Part shown: positions 9,754 to 18,572 of the stretch, one piece after another
Layout: each line of letters opens with the position of its first letter
Position numbering within the stretch: position 1 is the first letter of the stretch
Source: Thermodesulfatator sp.
GTDB taxonomy: Bacteria; Desulfobacterota; Thermodesulfobacteria; Thermodesulfobacteriales; Thermodesulfobacteriaceae
Direction: 5' to 3'
DNA length: 64,000 bases
NCBI GenBank assembly: GCA_027064165.1
Contig: JAMOQE010000045.1
Coordinates: 8,504 to 72,503, forward strand
The notes under the pieces: model-generated
Seen by the model: the letters and a program-made list of their open reading frames with translations, nothing else
The model's database searches: none
Told to the model about the DNA's origin: nothing
Position numbers and translations under genes: made by a program

Positions 9754-10702
9754 ATTCTTTATAAATTTTTCTGAGCTCTTCTATACTTTCTGCTGATTTT
9801 ATTCCTTCGCTTATTGCTTCAAGCACATCTACATCTTCTATCTTCTTAATTTCGGGATAAATCTTTAAGCCTTCTGTCCCGAACTTTAACTCAAGACCTA
9901 ATTCTATTGCCTTTAAAAGTCCGTGCCGTATTCCCTGCTGTATTCCCTGCTCTATACCTTTTTTTATACCTATCTTCTCTGCCGTAGTTATGTACGGCAT
10001 TTTCTTCTCCTCCTCATATTTTATTATCTCCTGATGAAATTTCTCGCTTAACTCCTCGGGTAACTTTACCAACCAATCTATAAATTTATATAATAACAAA
10101 ATATCTCTCTTTTGGTAGCCCTTCTCATATAATTTCTTTACCAGGGTTATCTTCCAGAAAAGCCTTTTATCCATATCACCTTTTATTTCCGTCTCCTTTA
10201 AATGTGCCATTACTATCACTGCAAAAGGATTTTTACTCTTTTCAAGTTCGTTCCACATTCCCCTGTAATCTAAAATCTTTACTACTGGAAATTTAAACTT
10301 TAACTCAAATCCCTAATATACCCTTTCATATCTATCAGCTTTAAAACTTTTTACATCATCAGCTAATATTGCTGCTAAACTCACCACATCCACACCATAA
10401 CGATCAAATATCCGATAATTATAAATAAACATCCTCTTAGGGAGGTCCCTGTCATAATATCCCTGTACCTCTATATGAATAAGGAGCCATTTTTCGGAAC
10501 CATCCCTCAAATATACCTTTACCAGAATATCAGCTAATCTCTTCCCTATCTCTGCATCCTTGGTAACTTTTTCAAGTTCCTTATCCAGAAACTCATATCC
10601 TTTTTCAAAATCTATATCCTTGGCAATTTCAGGAAAAAAGAATTCCATAAACTCTTGAAAATAAATCTCTATTGCTTCTTTCCATACGCTATCCTGCTGC
10701 AT
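9731..10702 (-). pseudogene. Rpn-like (PD-(D/E)XK, 'putative transposase') gene interrupted by one in-frame TAG
   Basis: ORFs 10313..10702 and 9731..10258 share a frame; the intervening sequence reads YERVY*GFELKFKFPVVKILDYRG; motifs DSVWKE, FLDKEL, ADILVKV, LIHIEVQ, RMFIYNYRIFDRY, NPFA, MPYITTAE, GIEQGIQQG. Confidence 0.8.
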
Positions 10703-10797
10703 AATTTTTCCTTAAACCCTGTTTACTCTTCTAACAAAAGGCAGGAAACAATGCCCTTATATTATCTCCTTGAATAAATTACAAATCTTTACTGGAT

Positions 10798-11568
10798 TTA
10801 TAACTTAGTAGCAATTATATACAAAAATACACCGATTAAAGAAAAAACCAAGTCCCTTTTTTGAAACTTAAAGTGGACATACACAGGAAGGGTGCCGTTA
10901 AATCCCCTGCAGAGCATTGCTTTGTAAACTCTGTCTGCCCTTTTGTAGCTTTTAACGAGAAGGTTTGCAAGGATATAAGCAAGGGTCCGATAGGTCTTTA
11001 AAGAAGTTTTGCTTTCAAACCCTCTTGCCCTGGCAGACTTTAGCATCAGATGATACTCCTCCTGAACAGTATGGACATAACGATAAGTAAAGAAAAATAA
11101 AGCAACCAATTTATCAGGTAATTTAAGATGATGCAGGGCGTGGAATAAAGAAAATACCCTGGTTGTGGAAATTAAAAAAAGCATAAGTATAAGAATAAGA
11201 TTGGATTTAAAAATTAAAAGCAATCCGTATTTAAGAGCAGGTATAGAAAGAGAAAGGCCTGCTATGTAAAAAAGTGGAGGTTCTCTATAAGTAAGAAGCA
11301 TGGAAATTACTATAAGGAACAAAAAAGTATTGGCCAAAAAAAGGAGTTTTAAACCTTTTACTCCTCTGAAACCAGCTAAAAAAAAGAGAAACAGGGGGAA
11401 AATAGCGTATCTTCCTGCTTCTCCAAAATCCTTGGCCACGGCTATAGTCCAGGCATAAAGAAAAAAAAGAAGAATTTTAACTCTTGGATCTATTCGGTTT
11501 AAAATGCCCTTTTCAAGGGCTAAGCTATTTTCCATTTTTTCTGGCATATACGAGAGCTGCTCCTCCAA
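10798..11568 (-). CDS. cbiQ: ECF Co/Ni transporter T component (start may be 11547 or 11535)
   Basis: IDPRVK, FTYRY, ARGF, KRADRVYKAMLCRGF CbiQ motifs. Confidence 0.92.
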   Translation of the reverse strand: MEEQLSYMPEKMENSLALEKGILNRIDPRVKILLFFLYAWTIAVAKDFGEAGRYAIFPLFLFFLAGFRGVKGLKLLFLANTFLFLIVISMLLTYREPPLFYIAGLSLSIPALKYGLLLIFKSNLILILMLFLISTTRVFSLFHALHHLKLPDKLVALFFFTYRYVHTVQEEYHLMLKSARARGFESKTSLKTYRTLAYILANLLVKSYKRADRVYKAMLCRGFNGTLPVYVHFKFQKRDLVFSLIGVFLYIIATKL

Positions 11569-12115
11569 AAATTCCTAAAATCCAGCCCAGCCCTGAAAAT
11601 ACATCTTTAAAACTTACAGAAGAAAGTTCTTTTTTAATCCCAAGAAGTTCTTGATGAATGGGCTTTAGCTCCCTTTTAAGTTCTTCTCTAACTATTTGTC
11701 TAAGTTTATTTTCAGAAATAGAAGCTGTAACATCAAGCTGCTCCTGTTTTTTTCCAGGCTCTTCAGATTTTTCCGCAATTTGCTCTTCCTCACCTGTAAA
11801 ATCCTCTTTTTTTACTTCAGCCACTGCTCTATGCCCAAGCTCTGCATTTACTACCACCTTGTAATTATCTGGCTTAGGTACGGTAAACACAAATTTTCCA
11901 TTTAAATCGGTCTGCCCTTTAAGAATCAACTTACCTGTAGAGTCATACACTTCTACTTGTCCTTTCTTCACAGGGGTGCCATCACTGAAATAAGAATACA
12001 CAGTAACTTTATTACCTTCCACATCCAGAAAAGCAGATATTTTATGGGCAAAAGCAAGGGAAGATAAAAAAACAGAGGCCCAAAACAAAAATAAATTAAA
12101 CAATACCTTTTTCAT
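11525..12115 (-). CDS. CbiL/NikL-like accessory component of Co/Ni transporter
   Basis: Signal peptide ending AFA-H, YFSDG.P, G.TD..G.F.F, GHRA, C-terminal TM (FSGLGWILGIFG); between cbiM and cbiQ; GAGGAGG RBS before ATG 12115. Confidence 0.7.
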   Translation of the reverse strand: MKKVLFNLFLFWASVFLSSLAFAHKISAFLDVEGNKVTVYSYFSDGTPVKKGQVEVYDSTGKLILKGQTDLNGKFVFTVPKPDNYKVVVNAELGHRAVAEVKKEDFTGEEEQIAEKSEEPGKKQEQLDVTASISENKLRQIVREELKRELKPIHQELLGIKKELSSVSFKDVFSGLGWILGIFGGAALVYARKNGK

Positions 12116-12136
12116 CACTTTTCCTCCTCTTTCCAA

Positions 12137-12742
12137 TCACTTCCATTCTTCAAGTATTTCAGGAGCCACACGTTTTAAAAATAAAAGAATAAAAAAATTG
12201 ATAACTCCCTCTATAGCAGCAACAGGGATGTGAAGAAGCACAATAAGCTTAGCGGTTTCTTTGAAGGATTCACCAGTAGCAAGAAGCTCTCCTGCCACCA
12301 AAAAGCCTGCCCCCATTATGGCAATTATTGCAGCAAGAAAGCTTCCTATCAAAATATACGCCTTGCTCTGCTTTTTAAGCAAAGGCTTACAAATATAATA
12401 AGCAATTACGGCAGGAAAAGCCATGTTAAAGGTATTTACTCCAAGAACAGTAAGCCCTCCAAACTGAAAAAGCACGGCCTGTAGAAATAGTCCTACCAAG
12501 AGCACAGGGAAAACAATCCAGCCCAGAATTATTCCTGCAAGGCCATTTAGAATAAGATGCACACTACCCACTCCAACAGGCACATGCACAAGGGAAGCTA
12601 CGAAAAATACGGCGGAAAGGAGCCCCGCTACAGGGATTCTGGAGTGATCAAGCTTTTTTAAGCCCAGGGCGACTCCACAGGCTGTAGCAGCATAGCCAGA
12701 AGCAAGGAGCCACCCTGGAAGTACTCCTTCTGAAATGTGCAT
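12137..12742 (-). CDS. cbiM: ECF Co/Ni transporter S component CbiM/NikM
   Basis: Diagnostic MHISEG N-terminus, SVHL, FGGLTVLGVN, EG..N. Confidence 0.95.
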   Translation of the reverse strand: MHISEGVLPGWLLASGYAATACGVALGLKKLDHSRIPVAGLLSAVFFVASLVHVPVGVGSVHLILNGLAGIILGWIVFPVLLVGLFLQAVLFQFGGLTVLGVNTFNMAFPAVIAYYICKPLLKKQSKAYILIGSFLAAIIAIMGAGFLVAGELLATGESFKETAKLIVLLHIPVAAIEGVINFFILLFLKRVAPEILEEWK

Positions 12743-12743
12743 T

Positions 12744-13529
12744 TTACTTTACTCCTCTGGGCTTGGGATATGCCTTGATCCAGAGCACTGCATCAAGCTC
12801 TACGGGATACTCCTTTCCGTCTTTATAACGGAGCTTTCCTCCATCTCCAAGGGCAGAAAAGCCCCACCAACCTGCCCAGGGGATAGTGTACTCAAAATAG
12901 CCATTTTCATCGGTTTTCACCACCTGAGTAATAAATGGATCTGCAGGCACTTTTACTCCACGCTTGTTATAATACTCTACTTCAACATCAATATTGGCAG
13001 CAGGCTTTCCATTGATAAATACCCTTCCTCTGAAGGTATTTCCTTCCCAGATGCCAAAAGGCCTGGTAAGAGGAACAATTTCTGCCTTGAGTCCAATAGG
13101 CTGATCCCATCCATCCTCCATGCCAAAGGCCTCTACATAAACTTTGGCAATCTGTTTAATAAACTTCTGTTCTGCCGGTTCAAAATAAGGCTCAGGATCC
13201 ACATAAAACTGATAAACTCCAGGTCTTCTTATTTTAAACCTTGTTTTATAAAGAGGAACTTTCTTCTTGCTTCCTTTTAAAGCCGGTATGAGCTCTTCTT
13301 TCCATTTCAATTTATATTTTTTACCATTTATAACTACTCCAGAGTCTATTATGTGATAATCCATATTAGGCCCACCTTCCATGGGATGGGTAAACCAGGT
13401 TTTCAAACATACAATCCTTTTTCCTTCTTCCAAAATATCTGTATTTGGTTTTAAAAGCACAAAATGAGCCTGAGCTACTGAAGCTGTTAAAAAAATACCA
13501 GAAATTACTCCTACAATAAGCTTCCTCAT
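12744..13529 (-). CDS. DUF4198 family periplasmic Ni/Co uptake component (NikK-like)
   Basis: Signal peptide [38 protein letters not shown]; first gene of cbiM operon. Confidence 0.8.
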   Translation of the reverse strand: MRKLIVGVISGIFLTASVAQAHFVLLKPNTDILEEGKRIVCLKTWFTHPMEGGPNMDYHIIDSGVVINGKKYKLKWKEELIPALKGSKKKVPLYKTRFKIRRPGVYQFYVDPEPYFEPAEQKFIKQIAKVYVEAFGMEDGWDQPIGLKAEIVPLTRPFGIWEGNTFRGRVFINGKPAANIDVEVEYYNKRGVKVPADPFITQVVKTDENGYFEYTIPWAGWWGFSALGDGGKLRYKDGKEYPVELDAVLWIKAYPKPRGVK

Positions 13530-13589
13530 CTTCTACACCTCCTTTAAAAAATTTTTTAAAATTTTTGTTACATTTTTTTAACTAAAAAG

Positions 13590-13618
13590 ATTTTATATTA
13601 ATATTTTATAAAAGTCAA
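13590..13618 (-). promoter_or_regulatory. putative sigma70 promoter of DUF4198-cbiMLQO operon
   Basis: Minus strand TTGACT-17nt-TAAAAT upstream of AGGAGG RBS. Confidence 0.6.
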
Positions 13619-13963
13619 GATAAAAGTGATTAAAATTTTAAAAAAGTAACAACAAAAGTTAGGTTGACATTTTTTGAACTTTTCAAGGCTTATCTAACAT
13701 CTCAAAACTGCCTTCCAGCCTCCGAGCAATTGTGAGAAATGAAAGAAAAGGCTAAGGAAATAATGGAGCTCTTTGAAGACAAAACAATCCGTCTGTGTGA
13801 AAGGTGCTGTAAGCCTGTTATTCACTTGGGCTATGGCTCCAGGAAAAAGCTTCTCAAGAGAAGGACATTTGCCCTCCTGCAATACAAAAAGCTCGCCTAT
13901 ATTCGTAATATTCGGTTCAAGGACAAGGAAATAAGAAGAACTATTCTCCTGGAAAGAATGGTG

Positions 13964-15274
13964 CTAAAATGTTTTTTTCCAGCTTTTAATATATTCAAGG
14001 GCTCTTCCCGAGAGTTTAAGCCACTTTTCCTTTTTTGGGAGCCTTTTCAAACCCTTTGGCAAAGGAGGCAAAAGCCCCCAGTTTACATTCATGGGCTGAA
14101 AGTGTTCAGGATCTGCAGAAGTAATGTAATGCACCAGAGCACCTATGGCAGTTTCCCTGGGAGGTACAAGAAGTGGCCTTCCTTTTGCCAGCCTTGCAGC
14201 GTTTATTCCAGCTAAAAGCCCCATGGCTGTGGATTCCACATAACCTTCCACTCCTGTTATCTGTCCTGCCAGAAAAATCTTTTCTGACTTTTTTAAATTA
14301 AGAAATGAAGTAAGTACCCTGGGAGAATTCACAAAAGTATTTCTGTGTATAGAGCCAAACCTCGCAAACTCTGCGTTTTCAAGCCCTGGAATCAGTCTAA
14401 AAACCCTCTTTTGCTCGGTATATTTCAATTTTGTTTGAAAACCCACCATATTGTAGAGGGTTTTTTCTTTATTTTCTGGCCTGAGCTGCACCACAGCATA
14501 AGGCTCTTTACCTGTCCTCGGATCAACTAAACCTACAGGCTTCATAGGCCCATATCTTAATGTCTCTATTCCCCTCTCAGCCATTACTTCAATGGGAAGA
14601 CATCCCTCAAAATACTTAGGCTTTTCAAATGAATGAAGTGGTACTTTTTCAGCATTCAAAAGCTCCTGTACAAATTTTTCGTACTCCTCTTTTGTCAGAG
14701 GACAATTCACATAAGCCCCTTCTTTATCAGAGTATCTATCCTGAATAAATACTTTCTTCCAGTTGATAGAATCTGCATATACTATAGGAGAGAGTGCATC
14801 ATAAAAATGTAAATAAGGTTCACCTATTAAATTTAAAAGCTCCCTGCTAAGACATTCAGAAGTAAGTGGCCCGGAAGCAATTACTACTATTTCATCCTCA
14901 GGTATTTTACATACTTCTTTTCTTATTACATTAATCAATGGATGACTTTCTATTTTTTTTGTAATATAGGCAGAAAACTTCTCCCTATCTACAATCAGGG
15001 ATTTTCCTCCCTCTATCTGGGCATTCTCAGCAGCTTCCATGATAAGTGAATTCAATCTTTTAAGTTCTTCTTTAAGAAGGCCTACGGCCTTTGTAAGGTC
15101 CCTTGCTCTTAAAGAATTTGAACATACCAGCTCTGCAAGTTTATCAGTGCGATGAGCAGGCGTAAATTTCTGGGGACGCATTTCATAAAGAACAACTTCT
15201 ATGCCCTGATTTGCTATTTGCCAGGCAGCTTCAGAGCCCGCAAGCCCCCCACCTATGACTATGACCTTTTTCAT
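13964..15274 (-). CDS. trmFO: folate/FAD-dependent tRNA (uracil-54) methyltransferase
   Basis: VIGGGLAGSEAA, AELVCSNS, YFEGCLPIE, GPMKPVGL, YAVVQLR, HRNTF, GVEGYVES, QPMNVNWG. Confidence 0.97.
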   Translation of the reverse strand: MKKVIVIGGGLAGSEAAWQIANQGIEVVLYEMRPQKFTPAHRTDKLAELVCSNSLRARDLTKAVGLLKEELKRLNSLIMEAAENAQIEGGKSLIVDREKFSAYITKKIESHPLINVIRKEVCKIPEDEIVVIASGPLTSECLSRELLNLIGEPYLHFYDALSPIVYADSINWKKVFIQDRYSDKEGAYVNCPLTKEEYEKFVQELLNAEKVPLHSFEKPKYFEGCLPIEVMAERGIETLRYGPMKPVGLVDPRTGKEPYAVVQLRPENKEKTLYNMVGFQTKLKYTEQKRVFRLIPGLENAEFARFGSIHRNTFVNSPRVLTSFLNLKKSEKIFLAGQITGVEGYVESTAMGLLAGINAARLAKGRPLLVPPRETAIGALVHYITSADPEHFQPMNVNWGLLPPLPKGLKRLPKKEKWLKLSGRALEYIKSWKKTF

Positions 15275-15279
15275 TGAAA

Positions 15280-16980
15280 TTAATAATCTACTCCGGGAAT
15301 TTCTACACTTACAATTTTAGGAGTGATAAATACCATGAGTTCTGTTTTATGATCACTCCTGTCTTTTTTCTTAAAAAGATGGCCTAAACCCAAAATTCTC
15401 CCAAATCCTGGTACTTGCTGAGTATTTTCACTTATATCCTTGACTTTTATTCCTCCTATTACTAAAGTTTCTCCACTATTAACCCATACCCTGGTTTTGG
15501 CATATCTTGTAATCACCGTGGGCACCCCATTTACCATGGTACCAAAGTCCGGAGTATTCTTTTCAACTTCTATATCTAAGTTTATTCTATTATCCACAGT
15601 ACCATGCGGAGTAACTTTCAATCTTATCACAGCATCTACAAACTCTGTGGTAGCCACACCATTTTCATTAAGTTTTAAATAAGGAATTTTCTTACCCTGT
15701 TTTATCTCTGCTTCCTGATTATCCAAAGCCAGAATTCTTGGGGCGGAAATAATTCTTGCTACACCTTCATTTTCAAGAGCCGAAAGTTTTAAATCCAAAA
15801 TATTGGTGGATCTCCCCACTTTTCCTATTACAAACCCCAGGGTAGGCCCGGCTCCACCACCCAAATCCACAATAGCATCTCCACCTAAAACTGTTGTACC
15901 TCCAGAAATGGTAACATCAGAAAGATTCCAGGTAATCCCCAGTTTATGCGTATAAGACTCCTCTATTTCAACTATTCGTGCTTCTATTAAAACTTGCTTA
16001 TTGGGCCTATCAATCTTTTTTATAAGACTACCAACCTCTTCAAGAATACCTTTAGATGCTTTAACTATTATAGAATTAGAAACTGCATCAGACGTAACTG
16101 TCCCTTTATCTCCAACTATGTCGTCTATCTGATCAACCACTTCAGATGTTTTTAGATATTTCAATTTAAAAACTTTAGTCACAAGTATTCCTTCTTCTTT
16201 TATCTTTTTTAAAGAGTCTATGTAAGCTTTATATTGCTCACTTTCTGCCTTTAGTTCAGAAATAGGTGCTATTCTCACCACATTGCCTACTTTTGCCATG
16301 GCCAGACCATTGGTGGCTAAAATTATATCTAAAACTTCATCCCATGGGACTTTATTCAATTTTAAAGTAATAGAACCTTTTACTTTATCACTCACTACCA
16401 GATTAAATCCGCCTATTTCTGCAAGCATTCTTAAAACAGCATGAATATCAGCATTCTGAAAATCTACAGAAATGGGTTGGCCTTTGTATTTTTTGGATAA
16501 AGGAATCTTTATATGCTCAGCACCCATTTGAGGAATTTTATAAGCTGGATAAACATAACTCTTTTTTACTTTTTTCCCAATTATTTTTATTTGCTTTGGC
16601 TTTTTAGGAGAAGGATAAAATAAGTTTAAGATTAAATTCGTTTCAAATACACTGGCTTTAAAGTTAAAAGGCTTTGAAAGTTTGAAAGAAATTATTAAAT
16701 TTTTGTTTTTTAACATTATGTTTACTTTCCTAAAAATATTTTTAGGAAGTTCACTTATCCATCTGGAGTTACTTCCCGGAAGAGTATTTTTAAATTTTAT
16801 TGTTAAAAAATTAGCTTTTTGGATTATTTCATACTCTGGCAGGCACTTCAAACTGAATATAAGAGTATTTCCGGGTTCTTGTAAAAATAACACTTCGTTC
16901 AGGACATTGATCTGAGCCCATGCTACTCTAACAAAAATGCTATATAAAATAATAAACAAAATTAGTTTTATGCCTTTCAT
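15280..16980 (-). CDS. pilQ: type IV pilus secretin
   Basis: ISVDFQNADI, VPWDEVLDIIL, QVLIEARIVE, LSALE, GETLVIGGI, ELMVFITP; last of pilMNOPQ. Confidence 0.92.
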   Translation of the reverse strand: MKGIKLILFIILYSIFVRVAWAQINVLNEVLFLQEPGNTLIFSLKCLPEYEIIQKANFLTIKFKNTLPGSNSRWISELPKNIFRKVNIMLKNKNLIISFKLSKPFNFKASVFETNLILNLFYPSPKKPKQIKIIGKKVKKSYVYPAYKIPQMGAEHIKIPLSKKYKGQPISVDFQNADIHAVLRMLAEIGGFNLVVSDKVKGSITLKLNKVPWDEVLDIILATNGLAMAKVGNVVRIAPISELKAESEQYKAYIDSLKKIKEEGILVTKVFKLKYLKTSEVVDQIDDIVGDKGTVTSDAVSNSIIVKASKGILEEVGSLIKKIDRPNKQVLIEARIVEIEESYTHKLGITWNLSDVTISGGTTVLGGDAIVDLGGGAGPTLGFVIGKVGRSTNILDLKLSALENEGVARIISAPRILALDNQEAEIKQGKKIPYLKLNENGVATTEFVDAVIRLKVTPHGTVDNRINLDIEVEKNTPDFGTMVNGVPTVITRYAKTRVWVNSGETLVIGGIKVKDISENTQQVPGFGRILGLGHLFKKKDRSDHKTELMVFITPKIVSVEIPGVDY

Positions 16981-17424
16981 TTATAACTCCTTTTCCAAAC
17001 TTATTTTCTCTACTTCTTTTATTTTGTTCCCAAATATATCGTATTTCTCTCTTTCTACTAAAATGTAACTTTCTGCTATCTTTATTACTACAAAATTTCC
17101 TATCTTTGTTCCTACTTTAACAATATACCCTTTAGAAAAAGGATCCTGCAATAATGCTATATTTCCATTTTTAGTTCTAATAATCCCTACTAATTTAAAA
17201 GGCTTAACTCCTCCTTTATTTCTAAAATATTTTTGATAAGTCAATCCAAAAAATGGATTATTAAGCTTTTTTAAATTTAAAACATATGGTTTTCTTTTTA
17301 TTTCTCTCCTCCACAACTCCAGTTCTTTTTTTACACTCTTAACTGACAAACTTCCAGCATAACCAAAAATAGGTAAATTAATAAATAAAAATAATGCCAA
17401 AAATAAGTAAACTTTTCGTTTCAT
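16981..17424 (-). CDS. pilP: type IV pilus assembly protein PilP-like
   Basis: NPF, FKLVGII, ALLQDP..KGYIVKVG..IG; operon position. Confidence 0.75.
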   Translation of the reverse strand: MKRKVYLFLALFLFINLPIFGYAGSLSVKSVKKELELWRREIKRKPYVLNLKKLNNPFFGLTYQKYFRNKGGVKPFKLVGIIRTKNGNIALLQDPFSKGYIVKVGTKIGNFVVIKIAESYILVEREKYDIFGNKIKEVEKISLEKEL

Positions 17425-18011
17425 TTTCTTTTCTTTCCTGTATATTTAAAGGTGTGAAAAGTGGCGCTTACAATTAAAGTCTGAGTCTTGGGCTCCGGTT
17501 TAAATTCAATTTTATTTAATACCACCAATCTTTCCATTTCTTCCACCTGATTTAAAAAATTCATAACACTTTCATAATTACCCTGAAAACGCATATCAAG
17601 AGGAATTATATTATAATAATCTCTTTTTATTTCACTACCTGGCCTGAAAGACAAAACTGCCAGGCCATTTTTTTTAGCTGTCTGTGCAATATTCTTTAAA
17701 AGACCCGGAATTTCTTTCTCATCCGGGAGAATCCCTTTAATTTCTTCTAAAAATACTCTTCTTAATTTTAAAGCCTGTTCTAAATCTCTATAGCGCCTGG
17801 AAATCCTTTTATACATATCTATTTGAGATTGCAAACTTTTTATATCTCCTTCAAGTCTTTTAATTTTTTCTTTCAAAGGAGCAAAATAAAGCCTATAATA
17901 CAAAAAAAGAGGCAAAATGATAGAGATTAACAAAAGAAGTATTTTTTCTCTCCGTGTAGCTGTCTCTTCCCAATCTTTTAATTTTAACCATAAATCTTTT
18001 AATCTTTCCAT
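17421..18011 (-). CDS. pilO: type IV pilus assembly protein PilO
   Basis: TM + coiled coil, LP.EKEIPGLL..I, G.YE...FL..VE.MER.V. Confidence 0.88.
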   Translation of the reverse strand: MERLKDLWLKLKDWEETATRREKILLLLISIILPLFLYYRLYFAPLKEKIKRLEGDIKSLQSQIDMYKRISRRYRDLEQALKLRRVFLEEIKGILPDEKEIPGLLKNIAQTAKKNGLAVLSFRPGSEIKRDYYNIIPLDMRFQGNYESVMNFLNQVEEMERLVVLNKIEFKPEPKTQTLIVSATFHTFKYTGKKRK

Positions 18012-18014
18012 TTT

Positions 18015-18572
18015 TTAAAACCTTATTTCTGTATTAAACTCAACCAATGTTAACTCTTTAATCTTTTTTCTATGTGTATTTTTCAAATCTACTGACTTAA
18101 AGATCTTTTTTTGAATTTCTAAAGCTTTTAAATAGTTTGCAACTTCTTCCAGATCAAGAGCAAGCGCTTGCAAAGAAACCACACCTTCTCTTATGCTCAA
18201 ATTTTTAAATAAAATTTTATTATTACCTATAGAACTAACCAAAACATCGTACACTTTTAAAAATCTGCCCTGTTTTTTCTTTAAAGACACAATAGTCTTA
18301 ATCTTTTGTTTTATTTCTTCATTTTGCTTTTCAAGCAATTTTACTTTTCTGGCTATTTTTTTATATTTTTCTAATTCTGCCAGTTTCATTTTTTTGATTC
18401 TTTGGTATTTCCGCTCTTTATGAGTAAGCCAGAGTCCGCTACCAATAATAATCACCGTGACTACAGCTAATAGCAGGAACAAAAAACCCAAATACCCAAT
18501 ACTTCTAAAACCTAATTTTTTTTCTTCTTCAATTTTTTCAGAAACGGGGACTAAATTAAACTTTATTATCAT
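18015..18572 (-). CDS. pilN: type IV pilus assembly protein PilN
   Basis: IKFNLVP N-terminal motif (INLLP-like), TM, coiled coil; between pilM and pilO. Confidence 0.8.
   Translation of the reverse strand: MIIKFNLVPVSEKIEEEKKLGFRSIGYLGFLFLLLAVVTVIIIGSGLWLTHKERKYQRIKKMKLAELEKYKKIARKVKLLEKQNEEIKQKIKTIVSLKKKQGRFLKVYDVLVSSIGNNKILFKNLSIREGVVSLQALALDLEEVANYLKALEIQKKIFKSVDLKNTHRKKIKELTLVEFNTEIRF

Noticed and set aside
10313..10315. Genome-wide TAG recoding suggested by open frames after TAG here and after trmFO
   Set aside because: TAG ends other genes at normal length (dxs at 35875, dsrP, fabD), so the standard code applies
9741..10734. 9-bp inverted pair TTAGAAGAG / CTCTTCTAA flanking the Rpn-like gene as possible IS ends
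   Set aside because: Too short, one copy lies inside the cbiO coding start, and there is no target duplication; compatible with chance
12735..13280. 181-aa plus-strand ORF
   Set aside because: Antisense shadow of the DUF4198 gene
13739..14215. 158-aa plus-strand ORF with CERCC
   Set aside because: More than half is antisense to trmFO and there is no SD; not called as CDS (the region is kept as a finding)
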